Positions 1 to 13,627 of a stretch of 64,000 nucleotides of DNA are shown in pieces. A model generated the notes under the pieces. That model did no database searches. It was not told the DNA's origin and saw only the letters and a program-made list of their open reading frames with translations. The position numbers were made by a program, and so were the translations under genes. The number at the start of each line of letters is the position of its first letter. The stretch's first letter is position 1. This DNA comes from Octopus vulgaris (taxonomy: Eukaryota): assembly GCA_951406725.2 (NCBI GenBank), contig OX597821.1:16616001-16680000 (forward strand), given 5' to 3'.

Positions 1-10
1 TGGAATACAG

Positions 11-12
<2 letters not shown>

Positions 13-96
<84 letters not shown>
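13..96. repeat. (TA)n microsatellite, representative of dozens of (TA)n/(CA)n/(TG)n tracts (e.g. 11043-11087, 12006-12184, 33905-34525, 44452-44530)
   Basis: Directly visible dinucleotide runs; they produce the [12 protein letters not shown] pseudo-ORFs. Confidence 0.99.
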
Positions 97-97
<1 letters not shown>

Positions 98-258
98 GGG
101 TGTGTGTGATTGTGTATAGAAGAATATATTAAAAGGAATTCCAACCTTGTCTGATTTTCATGTTTTATTTACAATCTTATAATGATATAAGATAGTATAA
201 TATAATAAAATAAAATAAAATAAAATAATAGAATAGAATCTTAAATGTTCATTCTGAT

Positions 259-303
259 TGAACTAGTACTTTCATGCATTAAATCCGGCAATCTTCAGGT
301 TCA
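259..303 (-). ncRNA. Minimal type I hammerhead ribozyme in a PLE pseudo-LTR remnant
   Basis: Minus strand: tgaac CTGAAGA t-tgc-cggatttaat-gca-t GAAA GTACT A gttca. Stem I tgaac/gttca (5 bp), palindromic stem III AGTACT, cleavage triplet CUA. Confidence 0.75.
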
Positions 304-969
304 TGTAGTAGTGGTGACAGTCATGCTTCACAATTTTTGACTGTAGCGAGATGGTTAAATCTGTGCCTTAAATACAGCTCCAGATTGCTAGGTTTTGCAA
401 ACTGTATTCTGACCAATCAGTGTGTAGTATCACTCAATTACTTAAGCTGATTGGTTTAGGCGTCACGCTTTGTTGACCATGTCAAGAGTCCTGTATCTTA
501 ACCCTGACCGAGGCAGAAATTGTTGGGCTATTTTTAGAAATGTTGTAAATAGCCTTTGTCTGGGATTTTTATATTTCAATTGTCATCATCATCATTGTCA
601 GCACCTTAATTATTGTTGCTAGTGGTGATGGTGGTGGCAATAGAACTTTTAACCCTAAATAAGATAATTTTCCTGCTATCTTCATCTTGATCACCTTTAG
701 TATTGTTGTTGTTGTTGTTAGTGGTCATGGTCGTAGCAGTAGAAGTAGTACCTCTAAATATTATTATTATTGCTTATTTAACTTGCTTTAAACATGATAT
801 TATGATCACATGTTCTTCCATGCGAAATTTAGTGGTTTGTTTTAGAATTATTTTAGTAATTTAGACATGAAACAATCAAAATCTAGCATGGTTTGGAACA
901 CATAAAATCCCTGGTCTATAAACTTATCCCTTCGATACGTCCCCATGTACGGAGAATATCTGCATTGTA

Positions 970-1233
970 TGTAGGGTGAACTCACAGGTTAACTGTAAGG
1001 TTTGGAATATAGCGTATAGCTTACGATGTATTGAGGGATGGTGCAGAAACATGACAACTGCTTACGATAAAGAGACCGCACGAAGAGTAGGGAAGCGAAT
1101 AGGTGAACACTGGCGATAGCTCAAAGAAGAGAAATGCTCGTCACTGTTCAACGAACATGCTCAAAGATAACATAGAGGTTCAGTTAATAGCAAAGTGGTT
1201 AAGGTTTTATCAACGCATATATATGACACGACA
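970..1233 (-). mobile_element. Possible solo LTR
   Basis: About 264 bp, TG...CA termini (minus strand TGTCGTGTCA...TTCACCCTACA); no TSD seen. Confidence 0.3.
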
Positions 1234-1857
1234 CTTAGGCAGCTCACGGAGGCTACACACATAGAAATAGACAGACCGAATATTAATTAAAAAAATTTAA
1301 TGGAACAATAACACCTACCACCACACCACACAACAAGACGGCAAAAGACAGAAGGGAGAAGAAAAACAGATACAAACAGTATAATACACATACAAAAGAC
1401 AAATATGCACATGCCTATGATATATATATAATAAATGGGGATAGATAAAAAAAACTGTATGAAAAGGCAGGGATTTGATAAACATAGGAAACGAACCCAT
1501 ATATACAAACACAACTTCATCAACTTCACAGATGGCAACAGCAATATCAACAACGACAACAGCAACAGCGGTAACAACAACAACAACAACTACTACTACT
1601 ACGTTGGCAGCAGCAGCGTGGGTAGTACACAAACGCAGAGAAGTATAGAAACGGTACCATAAGTCGGGTTCAAGGGCAGCAGCAACAGGCGGCAACGGAA
1701 CAGGGGCAGTGATAGTGCTAATATGAACAATGACAAACACACATATGTACACACACACACACACACACGCAAAAAAAAAAAGACGCGATTATAAGAATAC
1801 ACAACATAGAGGAACAGAATGGAATAAGTGTAGCAAGGGCATACATAAAGACAGAAA

Positions 1858-1902
1858 GTATCGCTGAAGAGGTCATAGATATATGACGAAAGATTTCTGG
1901 AC
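1858..1902 (+). ncRNA. Minimal type I hammerhead ribozyme (PLE-type)
   Basis: gtatcg CTGAAGA g-gtcata-gata-tatgac GAAA GATTT C tggac. Perfect 6-bp stem II, wobble-containing stems I and III. Confidence 0.7.
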
Positions 1903-2058
1903 AATGGACACGAGTTAGAAGAACAGTAATATAAACAAGTGAAGAACGAATATAAAGTCGATGTGCTTATTTGGTAAAAAGAAAAAAAGTAACATCCCTA
2001 TATATCTCTTTCAACACACAGTTTCACATAAGGAATCTTGAAACACAAATCCATAAAC

Positions 2059-2059
<1 letters not shown>

Positions 2060-2113
<54 letters not shown>

Positions 2114-2320
2114 AACATATATATATATATGTATATATGTATATATATATAAACATATATACATATATATATATGTATATATGTATATATATATAAACAT
2201 ATATACATATATATATATGTATATATGTATATATATATAAACATATATACATATATATATATGTATATATGTATATATATATAAACATATATACATATAA
2301 ATATGTATATATATATAAAC

Positions 2321-2394
<74 letters not shown>

Positions 2395-2463
2395 ATATAT
2401 ACATATACGTATATTTATACACTTGTATCTACACACATATATATATCGATTTATAGATATATA

Positions 2464-2500
<37 letters not shown>
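2060..2500. repeat. Compound TA-derived minisatellite
   Basis: Recurring unit of roughly 45 bp like ataaacatatatacatatatatatatgtatatatgtatatatat. Confidence 0.9.
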
Positions 2501-2506
<6 letters not shown>

Positions 2507-4655
2507 TTATTTTATTTTATCTAGTTTCAGCTCACGAGCTGTGGCCATGCTGGGGCACCACCATCTGGTGTTGCTACATGGTTTTACTTCACGAATGCTT
2601 GAGAGAGTTCGATGCAGCTGCCCTTATCTGCACCCATCTGCACCTCCTGCCTTGAAGTTGGTTCATCTGGGATACCTGACAAGAAGAGATCCAGTTTCAT
2701 TTTAAAGACATCTGCATCCACCCCATGCAGGTCTCTTAGGTTCTTCGGGAGGATATTGAAGAGCTGTGGGCCTCGGAAGCCCAGGCTATTACAGTATCTT
2801 GTCCTACATCTTGATGGCAAATTTGGAATAATTGGCACCACGCAGTGGCGCCCAGTTCTGGCATTTGTGTAACTCTCGATGCCAAAGTTTGGGACAAGTC
2901 CTTCCAGGATCTTCCAGATGTATATTATGGCATATCTTTCTCGTCTACGCTCCAAGGAATAGAGCTTTAATCTCTTGAGTCTTTCCCAGTAGTTTATATG
3001 CTGAACAGAGGCTATCTTCTTCGTGTAGCTACGTTGGATCGCCTCAAGTTCTGTGATCAACTTGACACTGGATGGTGACCATAGCTGAGAGCAATAGTCA
3101 AAGTGGCTTAGGACAAGTGTCCTCCAGAGGACCATCATGGTTTCTTGTTCTCTTGTTCTAAAGGTTCTAAGAATCCATCCGGCCAGTCGTCTACATTTCA
3201 TTGCCAATTTAGCAACATTTACACGAAAGGTTGCGTCATCACTCATGTAAATACCCAGGTCACGCACTGATTGTGCCTCTGGGATTGCAATTCCTCCGGG
3301 TCCAGTGTATTCATTGGGTATTGCATTTAGTTTTGCATGCTGATAGCATAAAGCTTGAAACTTTTCAGCATTGAACTGCATGCTATTCTTTTCAGCCCAC
3401 TTGTATATTTTGTCCAGCTCACATTGCAGGCGTTTAGTGTCCTCAGGGTTCTGTATTGCCTGTGAAACTTTTGTATCATCTGCATAACTTGTGATCGTGG
3501 CTCTCTGCATGGCTGAGGGCATGTCTGAGAGGGCCATTATGAACAGTAGTGGTCCCAAAACAGTGCCCTGCGGAACACCGCTCACTATTTGCGTGTTAAT
3601 GGAAGTGGCCCCATTGGCTACTACCATTTGACTTCTATCCTTCAGAAAGTCATGAAGCCATTCTCCCAGTTTTCCAACTATGCTAAGATCACGCAGTTTG
3701 TGACATATCATTCCATGATCGACTTTATCAAAGGCCTTTGCAAAGTCGAGATATATCACTTCCACATTTGTGTGGTTGAGCAGTCGTTTCAGCACCCAGT
3801 CATTGTGTTGTAGGAGCTGAGTTAAGCAGCTTCATCCTGGTCGGAAACCATGTTGGGTGTCAGGCAGCAAGTCATTTTCTTCAAGGAAGGTGATCAGTTT
3901 CCTTCTGACTATTCGTTCCATGACCTTGCTGATGTGTGAGGTGAGAGAGATAGGTCTGTAGATCTTGGCCTCCGCTCTGCTACCTCCTTTATGAATGGGG
4001 CATATTTTACCTTCCTTCAGTTTTCTTGGAAGTTTGCCAGTTGCAAGGAAGCTCTGAAAGTGGAACTGCAGTGGTCTTGCTAGGACTCTCTTACATACTT
4101 TTAAGAGGATTGCCGGGAATCCATCGGGGCCAGTAGCTGAGTTTGTTTTCATTTCATCTACAGCCTTTATTACATCGTCTTCCATTATATTGATGTAATC
4201 TATCATCGCTGCCTCTGATTTTATATCTGCAGTGGTAAAGAAGTCAGTTGGATTGGTGATTTGGAAATGCCCAAGGGGTGGAGTGAAAACACTCTTGAAT
4301 TGCTCATTCAGTATTTCACTTACCCTCATCGGATTTCCTGTGAGTGTGTCATCCTTTTCAAGGAGTGGCCCTATCCTACAGTGCACCGTAGCTGTTTCTT
4401 TGGCATACCTGTAGAAAGCTCTGGGGTTAGATTTTATGTTGTCTATAGCCCAGGCTTCTTTGTCTGCTCTTTCCTTTTCATGGGAGAGTTGCAGACATTT
4501 TTCAATTTCCAACAGTTTTATTTTCAGGCGGGACTTTTCACTGCTTTCAATTTGTTTGTTTAGGCGATTTGAAATTTTTGTGCGCCGTCTCATTAAAATT
4601 TTCCTCTCTCTGGGGATTTGGTTCTTGTGTATAGTGGCCTTTCTCTCTGGGACAC
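2500..4655 (-). mobile_element. 5'-truncated CR1/L2-clade LINE, reverse transcriptase region
   Basis: ORFs 3832-4695 and 2584-3795 are in one frame, split by a single TGA in GFRPG*SC. Motifs YRPISLTS, QHGFR, LDFAKAFDKV, GVPQGTVLGP, YADD. 3' tail GGTGGTGCCCCAGCATGGCC...GAAACTAG(ATAAA)n. Flanked by (TA)n. Confidence 0.95.
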
Positions 4656-4658
4656 ATT

Positions 4659-4698
<40 letters not shown>

Positions 4699-4721
4699 TA
4701 TCTGTATATATATAAGTTAGG

Positions 4722-4774
<53 letters not shown>

Positions 4775-6959
4775 CACTTATAAACTACAAGTAGTAAAGC
4801 TCTCTAAGTAAGTTTTGTCTTTTTCCTGTCTAACACACTTGCAAACAGTCTCGTTGTTGATGTTTCTTTCTTTTGTTTCACTTCCAGTTTATATTATTAA
4901 ATTATCAAGATGACTAAAATTGAATTCGAAGAATATAACGAACACTATCAGTACAAGTCTCAACAAATATTTGTAAATAGCGTATCTAACACATAATATC
5001 TTAACTAAACAATAACTGTATAGCATAACATGATTATTAAAAACAACAGGACCACTTCTTTCCAGAACTACAATCCGAATAGAAAATTTGCAGTATGAAT
5101 GATATACATAAGCATTCAAAGGAAAGTATTAATAAGTCATGTGTGAATGCGATAAAAGACATGAAAACATGAAGTAAACCTGTTGGAAATATAGCATGTT
5201 GAGTGTTGGCGTTGATCTAACGTTGTTTATAAATTGCCACTTATCTATATACGAGAGATGTAAGCCATATAATTGATGCTTTCAAAATCAATTCTATGTA
5301 CACAAGGAGAGCATAAAATAATATAGATAATTTCTTTCGTTGGAACAAATAATTTTTGTTTCTTGGTTTCATGTATTTCTCTGTTTTAATTTTTTGGTTT
5401 GTTTCTTTTTTTTCTGCAGGGGAATTCGTTGAGCGAGTTTAGTGGTGTTTTTTTTTGTTGTTTTTTTTGTTTTGTTTTTTTTTTGTTAATGGATATGATT
5501 TTTGCCTTGGGAAGTGAGTTTAGCTTTTATGTTTAAGTCACCGAATAAGACCCTGTAGATTAGTTGATGATTTAGGCAAGCTGATGATGATCACACAATG
5601 GTGATATTGGTTATGGTGATGGATGCGGAGGTGTAGGTAGCAGTGGCTCTTGTGGTGATGGTAGTGGTGGCGTTGGCGACGACGATGATGACTGTGCTGG
5701 TGTTGGGGGTGAAGGGTGAAAATAATGATGCTAATGATAATGATGCTAATGATGATAATGGCAGTAGCGATTGTTTATGGTGTAGGAGATGAAAGACAAA
5801 AAAAAATGAGTTACCAAAATTATCAGCGCAGATTTTATGGTGACAGACGCTTATGCATCACAGCTTGATATCTGAAAATGCTTCCAGCCGTTACATTAGC
5901 AACAACACAATATAAATAAATGATGGATAAAGAAAATTTTTTTTTTAAATTCTCGACAAACTAAAATAAGCAGTCAACCAGTAACCTTAGCACTCGCAGC
6001 TGTATGGTGTATTCAATGACTCAATTACAATTATGTCTAACTCCCGTGGAGAGTTTCCTATTGTTGCGAGAATGATTATTAGTGTAGGGGAGCAGATCTA
6101 TGAATACAGACATTCTAGCTAGGATCATTCTGTTCTTTTGAGAAAATTTAGAACAACATATTACTTTTCTGAATACTTCCATTCTTTTTAAGATGTCAGA
6201 ACATGATTTTGGGATTATTTGGCTTCTATATCTAGCAGATATATCGATGACATATTTTCCCTCAAAATGTACTGTAAAACGAAGCCAGGTTTCTTGTACA
6301 TGACTAAAATACGTACAATGACTACAAGAAGTAATCGATCGAACTGTACCTGATGAGTTAAATCTGAAAGCTTACCAATAAGGTGTCGAATTAGTTCTGA
6401 AAAACCAACTACTAGATTTATTTTTTACATATAAGTGGTTCGTATTTCCAAGGAAAGTAACATTTTGGCTTGCATAAAGATATACAGCTTTTATAAATTG
6501 AAATGTTATAGTTGAGTAACTTATTTCCATGTTATTATTTTGAATTATTTAGTTGATAATTATTTAATAGCTCAGGCGACAACTGACCTGAAAACACTGA
6601 GGTGCATAATATACCGTTGTTAATTTCTGCGACGAGGAATTATCGGTATTGCACGCTGATATATTTGGGTTAATAGCCTTATCGCTGTGCTTAGAGTAAA
6701 AGCTCTTCAGGCTTTCTCCAGGCAACTGTATTTGACAGAATTCTCTTCAATGTCGTAGATTGTTCTCAAGATAAAAAATTCAAACTACAAAATGTCTTAA
6801 CAGATACGTATTCCCTTTATGGTGACAACACGACGAAGCATTTCAGTAATATAGAAAGCGAAGCAAACAGTATCATAAGGTTCTTCTAATCTTCAAAAGC
6901 GGTAGAGTGTGTGCAGGACGAAGAAACAATATAAGAAATGGTGTATAACTTAATTTTTT

Positions 6960-7590
6960 AAAATTATTGTTGCCATTGAAGCTGCTTGTCGAAAGAATCG
7001 ACCTCAGAAATATTCCTTTTATAAATCTATTATTCTATCGGTTTCATGTACCGAACCGCTAGTATATAGGGACATTAACAAACTAACATAGTTATGGAGC
7101 GATGTGTGTTAAGGTGGGGCAAAGACTCACACACACACGCACAAACTCATTCACACACATACACACACACATTTTTGGAACTACCAAATAGTATGATGCG
7201 TACAGCAAATAACTTCGATGTATATATATATACGTACATACGTACAATATCCTCCATATTCACCTGATATTTCACTCACTGACTATCATTTTTGAAGCAT
7301 TTGGACATGTGTTTAAGTGATAAAACTTTCAGGCCTAAACCAGAGGTGGAATCAGCTTTCACAGATTTCTTAGCATCAAAGTCAATAAGTGTTTATCAAC
7401 GGGGCATAAATAATCTCCTTGATACACACACACGTACACACATACACACAACAGGCTATTTGTTTCCGTCAGCGAAATCCTTTAACAAAGCTTTAATTGG
7501 CCCGGAGGTATAGTAGAAGAAATTTGGCAAAGTATGGAACTGAACTCGGAATCACGTGTATAGAAAACAAACTTCTTAGCACTCAAAACC
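6960..7590 (-). mobile_element. Degenerate tRNA-derived SINE interrupted by copied mariner segments
   Basis: tattctatcggt...ccgaaccgcta and ctttaattggcccggaggtatagtagaaga blocks match the SINE copies at 9.2, 52 and 59 kb. Confidence 0.75.
7245..7423 (+). mobile_element. Mariner transposase C-terminal fragment, inverted copy of about 8200-8380
   Basis: Encodes PPYSPDISLTDYH...KHLD; colinear with the reverse complement of the adjacent mariner. Confidence 0.85.
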
Positions 7591-7601
7591 ATGTAAGTAT
7601 G

Positions 7602-7630
<29 letters not shown>

Positions 7631-7633
<3 letters not shown>

Positions 7634-7864
7634 CAAAATTTAGAAGAATGACCACTAATAGTGGACAGCCTGTATGCTAGATATATACGTCAAACTCGCC
7701 ATTTACCACGAAGAATGTGTTCTCAAAAAAACTTCACCAAAAACCAAAGTTTAAAAATAAGACAAATGAAAATATACGAAAATAAAAAATAAAAAAACCC
7801 ATTAACGTCTATATCTAGCATAGAGGTTGTCCACTATTAGTGGTCATTCCTCTAAATTTTGTAT
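7631..7864. repeat. Inverted repeat with about 60-bp arms (7631-7690 / 7805-7864) between (TA)n tracts
   Basis: atacaaaatttagaagaatgaccactaatagtggacagcc... versus ...ggttgtccactattagtggtcattcctctaaattttgtat. Confidence 0.9.
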
Positions 7865-7955
7865 GTATAAAATTTTTAATCTTCGGATTTTTGAAATAAT
7901 ATGCTAGGCCACTGGTTTTAATTGATTAATATCAATTTCTACCCTTATTTAATTC

Positions 7956-8053
<98 letters not shown>

Positions 8054-8080
8054 CGACGTTATTGTCAGTACGTATCATAC

Positions 8081-9770
8081 TATTTGGTTGTTCCAAAAAT
8101 AAAGGCCGTTTTCAGAAACATAATTATATTCTGGAAAAATTAACAGAAAGGTTTTGGTTAGTCAAAGTATGAGCTGCGAACATCTATGCGTCTCTGCCAT
8201 CGATCAAAGAGATTATTTATGCCTCGTTGATGAAACACTTATTGGCTTTGATGCTAAGAAATCTTTGAAAGCTGATTCCACCTCTGGTTTAGACCCGAAA
8301 GTTTTATCACTTAAAAACGTGTCTAAATGCTTGAAAAATGATGGTCCGTAGGTGAAAGATCAGGTGAATATGGAGGATGTTGTAAAGTCTCCTATCCCAC
8401 GCCTTTGAGTTACTGCAGCGTCATTCTTGCAACATGTGGATCTGTATTATCCTGGAGTAGATTTTGGGCCACGCCGATTCACCTATTGCAGGTCTCATTT
8501 CTTGCAAGTGAGCATTCATTTAAGCGGGGTGAATGCAGTAAATCTCTGCTAAAATGCTCTGATTGGCTTCCAGAAAGCTGTAATGGACAACACCAATTGC
8601 AGACCACCAGACAGTCACCATAATATTTTGTTGATGCAACTTTGGCTTTGGGAAATATTTGGGGGACTCATCACGATCAAGCCATTGGCCCGATCTTTTA
8701 GAGTTATCATAAAGAATCCACTTTTTGTCACAAGTGACTTTTCGGTCACGAAAAGGATCATTGGTGTTTCACAGAAAGAGCATCGAGCACACTTCAAAAC
8801 AGCGAACTTGCTGATTCTCATTGAGCTCATGCGGCACCCATTTATCGAGGTTTTACGCCGAACCAATCTTCTGCAAATTGTGTGAGAGCATTGCAACACC
8901 GACACTAAGTGTCTGAGACATTCCTCTGACGCGTGGGTTTTGTTAATAACAATAATTGCTTTCAATTGTTCATAGTCCTCTAACTTCTTCATCTTCAAGG
9001 CTCACATCACAGCTACAAAATTTCTGAAACCACCTTCGTACTCCGCTATCACTTGTGGACCCCTCTCCCCATGCTCTGTTGATATTGGCAGCAGTTGGGG
9101 AGACATTTTGACCAAGCTTGAACTCATGCAAGAAAAGTAAGCGAAGGTCCTTTGTTATCATGTTCATAATCAAAAGCGCCTATGCTTCAAGAATGTTTTC
9201 TGTCTGAAGTAACTCTTTTACGCTTTTACGTGTTTCAGTCATTTGACTGTGGTCATGCCGGAGCAATGCCTTTAGTCGAGCAAATCGACCCCAGGACTGA
9301 TTCTTTGTAAGTCTAGTACTTATTCTATCGGTATCTTTTGCAGAACCGCTAAGTTACGGGAACGTACCACACCAGTATCGGTTGTCAAGCGATGTTGGGG
9401 GGACAAACACAGACACACAAGCGTATACACACATACGAGGGGCTTGTTTCAGTTTCCGTCAACTAAATCCACTTAGAAGGCTTTGGTCGGCCCGAGGATA
9501 TAGTAGAAGACATTTGCCCAGTTGCCACGCTGTGAGACTGAAACCGGAACCATGTGGTTTGTAAGCAAGCTACTTGCCACACAGCCACTCCTAAGTAAGT
9601 AGAAAATTATTTAAGAACATACATAGATTATTAATTTTGTCGAAATTAACCTAAAATATAATTAAAATACTATGATAAATTTGCGTTTAAAACTATAACA
9701 CTTAGAGTGGCCAATAATTAAAACTATAAGTCACATTCAAATATCACTAACTTATCGAAATAAACCTTCA
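8081..9770 (-). mobile_element. Degenerate mariner (DD34D) transposon, interrupted by a SINE
   Basis: N-terminus DLRLLFLHEFKLG...RRWFQKF; VTCDKKWILYDN, QDN, PYSPDLSPTD; TIR-like TA|TTTGGTTGTTCCAAAAAT at 8081. Right boundary uncertain. Confidence 0.9.
9213..9592 (-). mobile_element. tRNA-derived SINE with LINE-like 3' tail
   Basis: Head aggagtggctgtgtggcaag...ggttccggtttcagtc; tail CAGTCAAATGACTGAAAC; aagtaa on both sides (possible TSD). Confidence 0.92.
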
Positions 9771-11038
9771 TTAGCGAATGTTCAAAATTCTTTGGTATTC
9801 ATTAATATAACATGATATATATATTTCATATTCATTTATAAGCCAGTTTAATTAAATTTGTATTTCAAGAAAGTATAAAATTCCACACCATAATATTTGC
9901 CCTTAATAACATCTTGAACTTAACACAATTCATTTTATGAGCTGTATATAACGTTGCTTCTTTGATATATAATCTTGCTCTGTCACCTAATTTCCCTTGT
10001 TTCTAGATAAATACGTATCAACATATACCTCTTCGTGTGCATGAGTACATGTTAGTCTGTGTATATATGCATATTATATTTACGTATATGTGTGCGTGTG
10101 TAAATGAAGTATAAGCTATAAGACTTTTTATTCATAGACAAAATATTTTATCCTCAGTTCAAGAATTCGAACAAAAGGTTTTACTGTAGATTTTACCGTC
10201 TAAGAGTAGTAAAACTGACATCGATCTGATAAGTGATAATGACACTTGTTAAAGAAGCAAAACCGACATTGCTTATTTATAGCTATTTATAGTGAATACA
10301 AACTTGGACTTCGCATATAAGCGGGGCGGTTGTGTGTGTATGTGTGCATGCGTGTATCCCTTGCTTAAAACCGAATTGATTGCCTGCCCATTTGTCGTAA
10401 TTCGGTGCAAACAGAACGTTCTGTTTTGCTGAACGTATATTAGAATAAAATGTAATTTTTGTAATCCTCCTGAGATGGAGTTGAATGTTCAACTTTGCGC
10501 TTGTAGCACGCTTGTTACAGAATATGTCAAATTCTGAACGAAATTACCCACAAAGATACTAGTAGATAGCTTCTCAATCTGATAATGATTATATTGCTAA
10601 ATAGATATTTATCCTTTGTTTAACCGTAATGTTCAATTGGTAATAAAAAATAGTCCACTGAGTGATATAATGTTTTATATATAATGCTTCTAGCAACATT
10701 CAACCTAATTTTGTTTTTGCTAGTGAAATATACTGGTGTTTTGGCCCATCACAATGTTAAACCATGTAATGTTGCAGCCCTCAATAAGTATGTGAATCTG
10801 AGAGGGTAATATGTTGAGTAAAATCATAATTAACTGGTCATCTGTATATTCTTTTACCAAAGTCAAGGACTTTTCAGCTCTGCTCGTACACTCCTATTTG
10901 TATCAAGGGTAGGAATAGCTCCTTTATGTTAAACAGTTGTAAGCAGCCATACTTTCTCCGAAAGTGCATTCTGATGTGGGTCTACATTTATAGAAGCAAT
11001 TGGAATTTGTGTTTCAGAAAATTTAATACTACCTCATG

Positions 11039-11087
<49 letters not shown>

Positions 11088-11090
<3 letters not shown>

Positions 11091-11230
11091 AAGATTAATC
11101 AACCGAAATTGCGAGGATGATCCGGTTCTTGACTGAAGATTGAAGGCTTCGAATGTCCCGTCCGTGTTTTTTCTTTCGTCTTCTAAATGTTTTGCGTTCT
11201 TGTCCCAGTTTGTATTTTTTTACGTATATA
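11088..11230 (+). mobile_element. Dispersed repeat fragment, same family as 46450-46800 (probably a PLE terminus)
   Basis: aagattaatcaaccgaaattgcgaggatga...aggcttcgaatgtcccgtccgtgtttt matches the reverse complement at 46.5 kb. Confidence 0.7.
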
Positions 11231-12008
11231 TATATTTTTTTGTCCAGAATCCTGCCGGTCGCGGAGGAGGGGATAAAATAGTAATTCAGTGAAGGAAAAT
11301 TAGTGAGAGTAATAGCCCTGACTGAGAGGCAGTAAGAGAAAGTAATAACAATGAGAGAAATGAAGGGGTGATAGAGGAATAAGGAAAGAAGGGGTGAAAA
11401 GTCAGCGTTTCAACCCTGTGAGAGTGTATGTGTGTGTATGTGTGTGCGTTTACAAGGGACTTATGTGAATGTTTGCATGTGTGATTATTATGTATCATAT
11501 TTTGTATCTAATTTATATAAAAAAAAAAAATTAAAAAAAACAAATAACGGTCATTATTGACGGCACGTGGTCAGCTAGTATCTTATATACTACCAAAATA
11601 TGTGACAGTTTCTTGTATAATTCGTGGATCGTAATTTTGAAATCCAGAAGGCATTGTTATTGAAGTTAAAGTTTTTTACGATTCTATGGCATATATCCAA
11701 CAGATCTGAATATTTCTTACGCCCCGACTCCATTTCTATACACTGCAACACACCTAACCGTATTGTAGAATACAAGAAATGTAGTGATCTTCATTATAAC
11801 AAGAAATCACAGCAATTTGCAAATTCTGGTCAGAGAAACTCAATTCCATGCTCGTACATTTCAGGTTACATTTGAAAACCACAAGTCCATTTTCTACTTC
11901 CGATTTTATAATCTACTCATGTTAAAAAACTATTCTCTATACATCATATTTTTATCTATCTATCTCTCTAACTCACTATCTCTCTCTCTCTCTCTCACTC
12001 TGTGTATA

Positions 12009-12187
<179 letters not shown>

Positions 12188-13344
12188 AGACAGGAGGTGT
12201 AGTTAGATACTTAGAGACATAGATATATAACTGGCTACTAGCGAAACATAAATGATGATATAAGTATATATTTATTAAAGTTCTTTTGTGTAAAAAAATG
12301 TCATATTTTGTCAGAATTTTTTTTTTTTTTGCTTAGCTTATTCGATATCCGTGTTCATCACAATAGTGTGTTCTTCATATTTTTTGTATTTGTAACTTTG
12401 GTATCATTTTGTATCGTGTATTTTTGTGCGATCATAAAAGCTTTGCTTATCACATTGTTACAGTAGAATACTGCTTGGTTAATCTGTTATCCCACATATT
12501 GTTCAAGTGTGCAGAACTATATACAGTTACGTGACGTGAATGTCTAGTGTATTCATGAAGGTTTGCATGAGCACCATTTTAATAACCACGCGCACACACG
12601 GTTGTGGTTTAATAAAGAATTACTTGGTATATTATGTTAACATGAATGAATAACATTTATTTATTCATTCAAATATATTTGTATGTACAATTGCGAGAAT
12701 GGCACCTTAGTAAGCGTATTTGTGTTCATTTATTCGTCCGATGCGTATGATTAATTACAGTGCAGTTCATACAGAGTTTCTTACTTCTTTGACAATCTAT
12801 GAGAAGCGTTATAGTAAATTACAACTTTTGAGAAAGATATACATACGCACACGTCCCCTCGTGCACAGCTTCACAAAGATATATATTTCTATATGTGCGT
12901 GTCTCGCTTTATGTCACTAGCTTCCATATGAATATAAATGTATTATGTGAATACAAAATATTTGTGATCCTCACGTTTACGGTTTTTGAATTCTTATATA
13001 CTTATTTTTTTTTAAATATACAAATATTTTAGCCTTTACAAATTGTAACCATATCTTTGAGATTGTCAAATATCAAGATGGCGTAATGTAATCTCCCGAC
13101 GTTGGAGAAGCAAGCAAGTAATAATGTAATATGTGAGTGTGAGAAACGTAGACAGATTATTAACCACATCAAAACAGTGTGGACAAACAATCGACAAGAA
13201 TGAAAAATAGTTAGGAATCTCAAATCATACAATGGTCTTAAAAACTGAACAGGAACTTATCCCTTGCTTTTCTGGATGTTGTTTTAACTTTCTATATGTC
13301 CATGCACACACACACACACACACACATACGTATATATCATTTAC

Positions 13345-13627
13345 CTTCTACTTGCTTCATTCATTAGATTGTGGCCCTACTGGGGCACCGCCTTGAATGT
13401 TTAGCGGAATGATTCGACCTCAGTACTACATTTTAAATTTACTATTTATTCGTTGACACTCTTTGGCTATGACACTGGGATGCAAACACACGTAGGAGTG
13501 GCTGTGTAGTAAGTATCTTACTTACCAACCCACACGATTCCAGGTTCAGACCCACTGCGTGGCGCCTTGGAGCTGGTGTCTTCTCATATAGCCTTGGGCT
13601 ATAGCGATTCTGCCAGCTCGCCGCCCT
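13345..13627. mobile_element. Cluster of SINE fragments in both orientations
   Basis: Tail-like tggggcaccgcc (-), head aggagtggctgtgtagtaag...ggttcagaccc (+), head ctgccagctcgccgcc (-). Confidence 0.75.

Noticed and set aside
3832-3834. In-frame TGA in the LINE ORF as recoding
   Set aside because: It falls at the conserved Arg of GRSC, so a CGA-to-TGA mutation explains it.
5420-5513. Segment with good acceptor and donor as a coding exon
   Set aside because: Interior is poly-T low complexity; likely chance signals.
6346-6378. CTGATGA...GAAAGCTT
   Set aside because: No credible stem I or stem II.
11100-11147. GAAA...CTGAAGA as a permuted (type II) hammerhead; similar order at 57124-57143
   Set aside because: The required stems cannot be formed.
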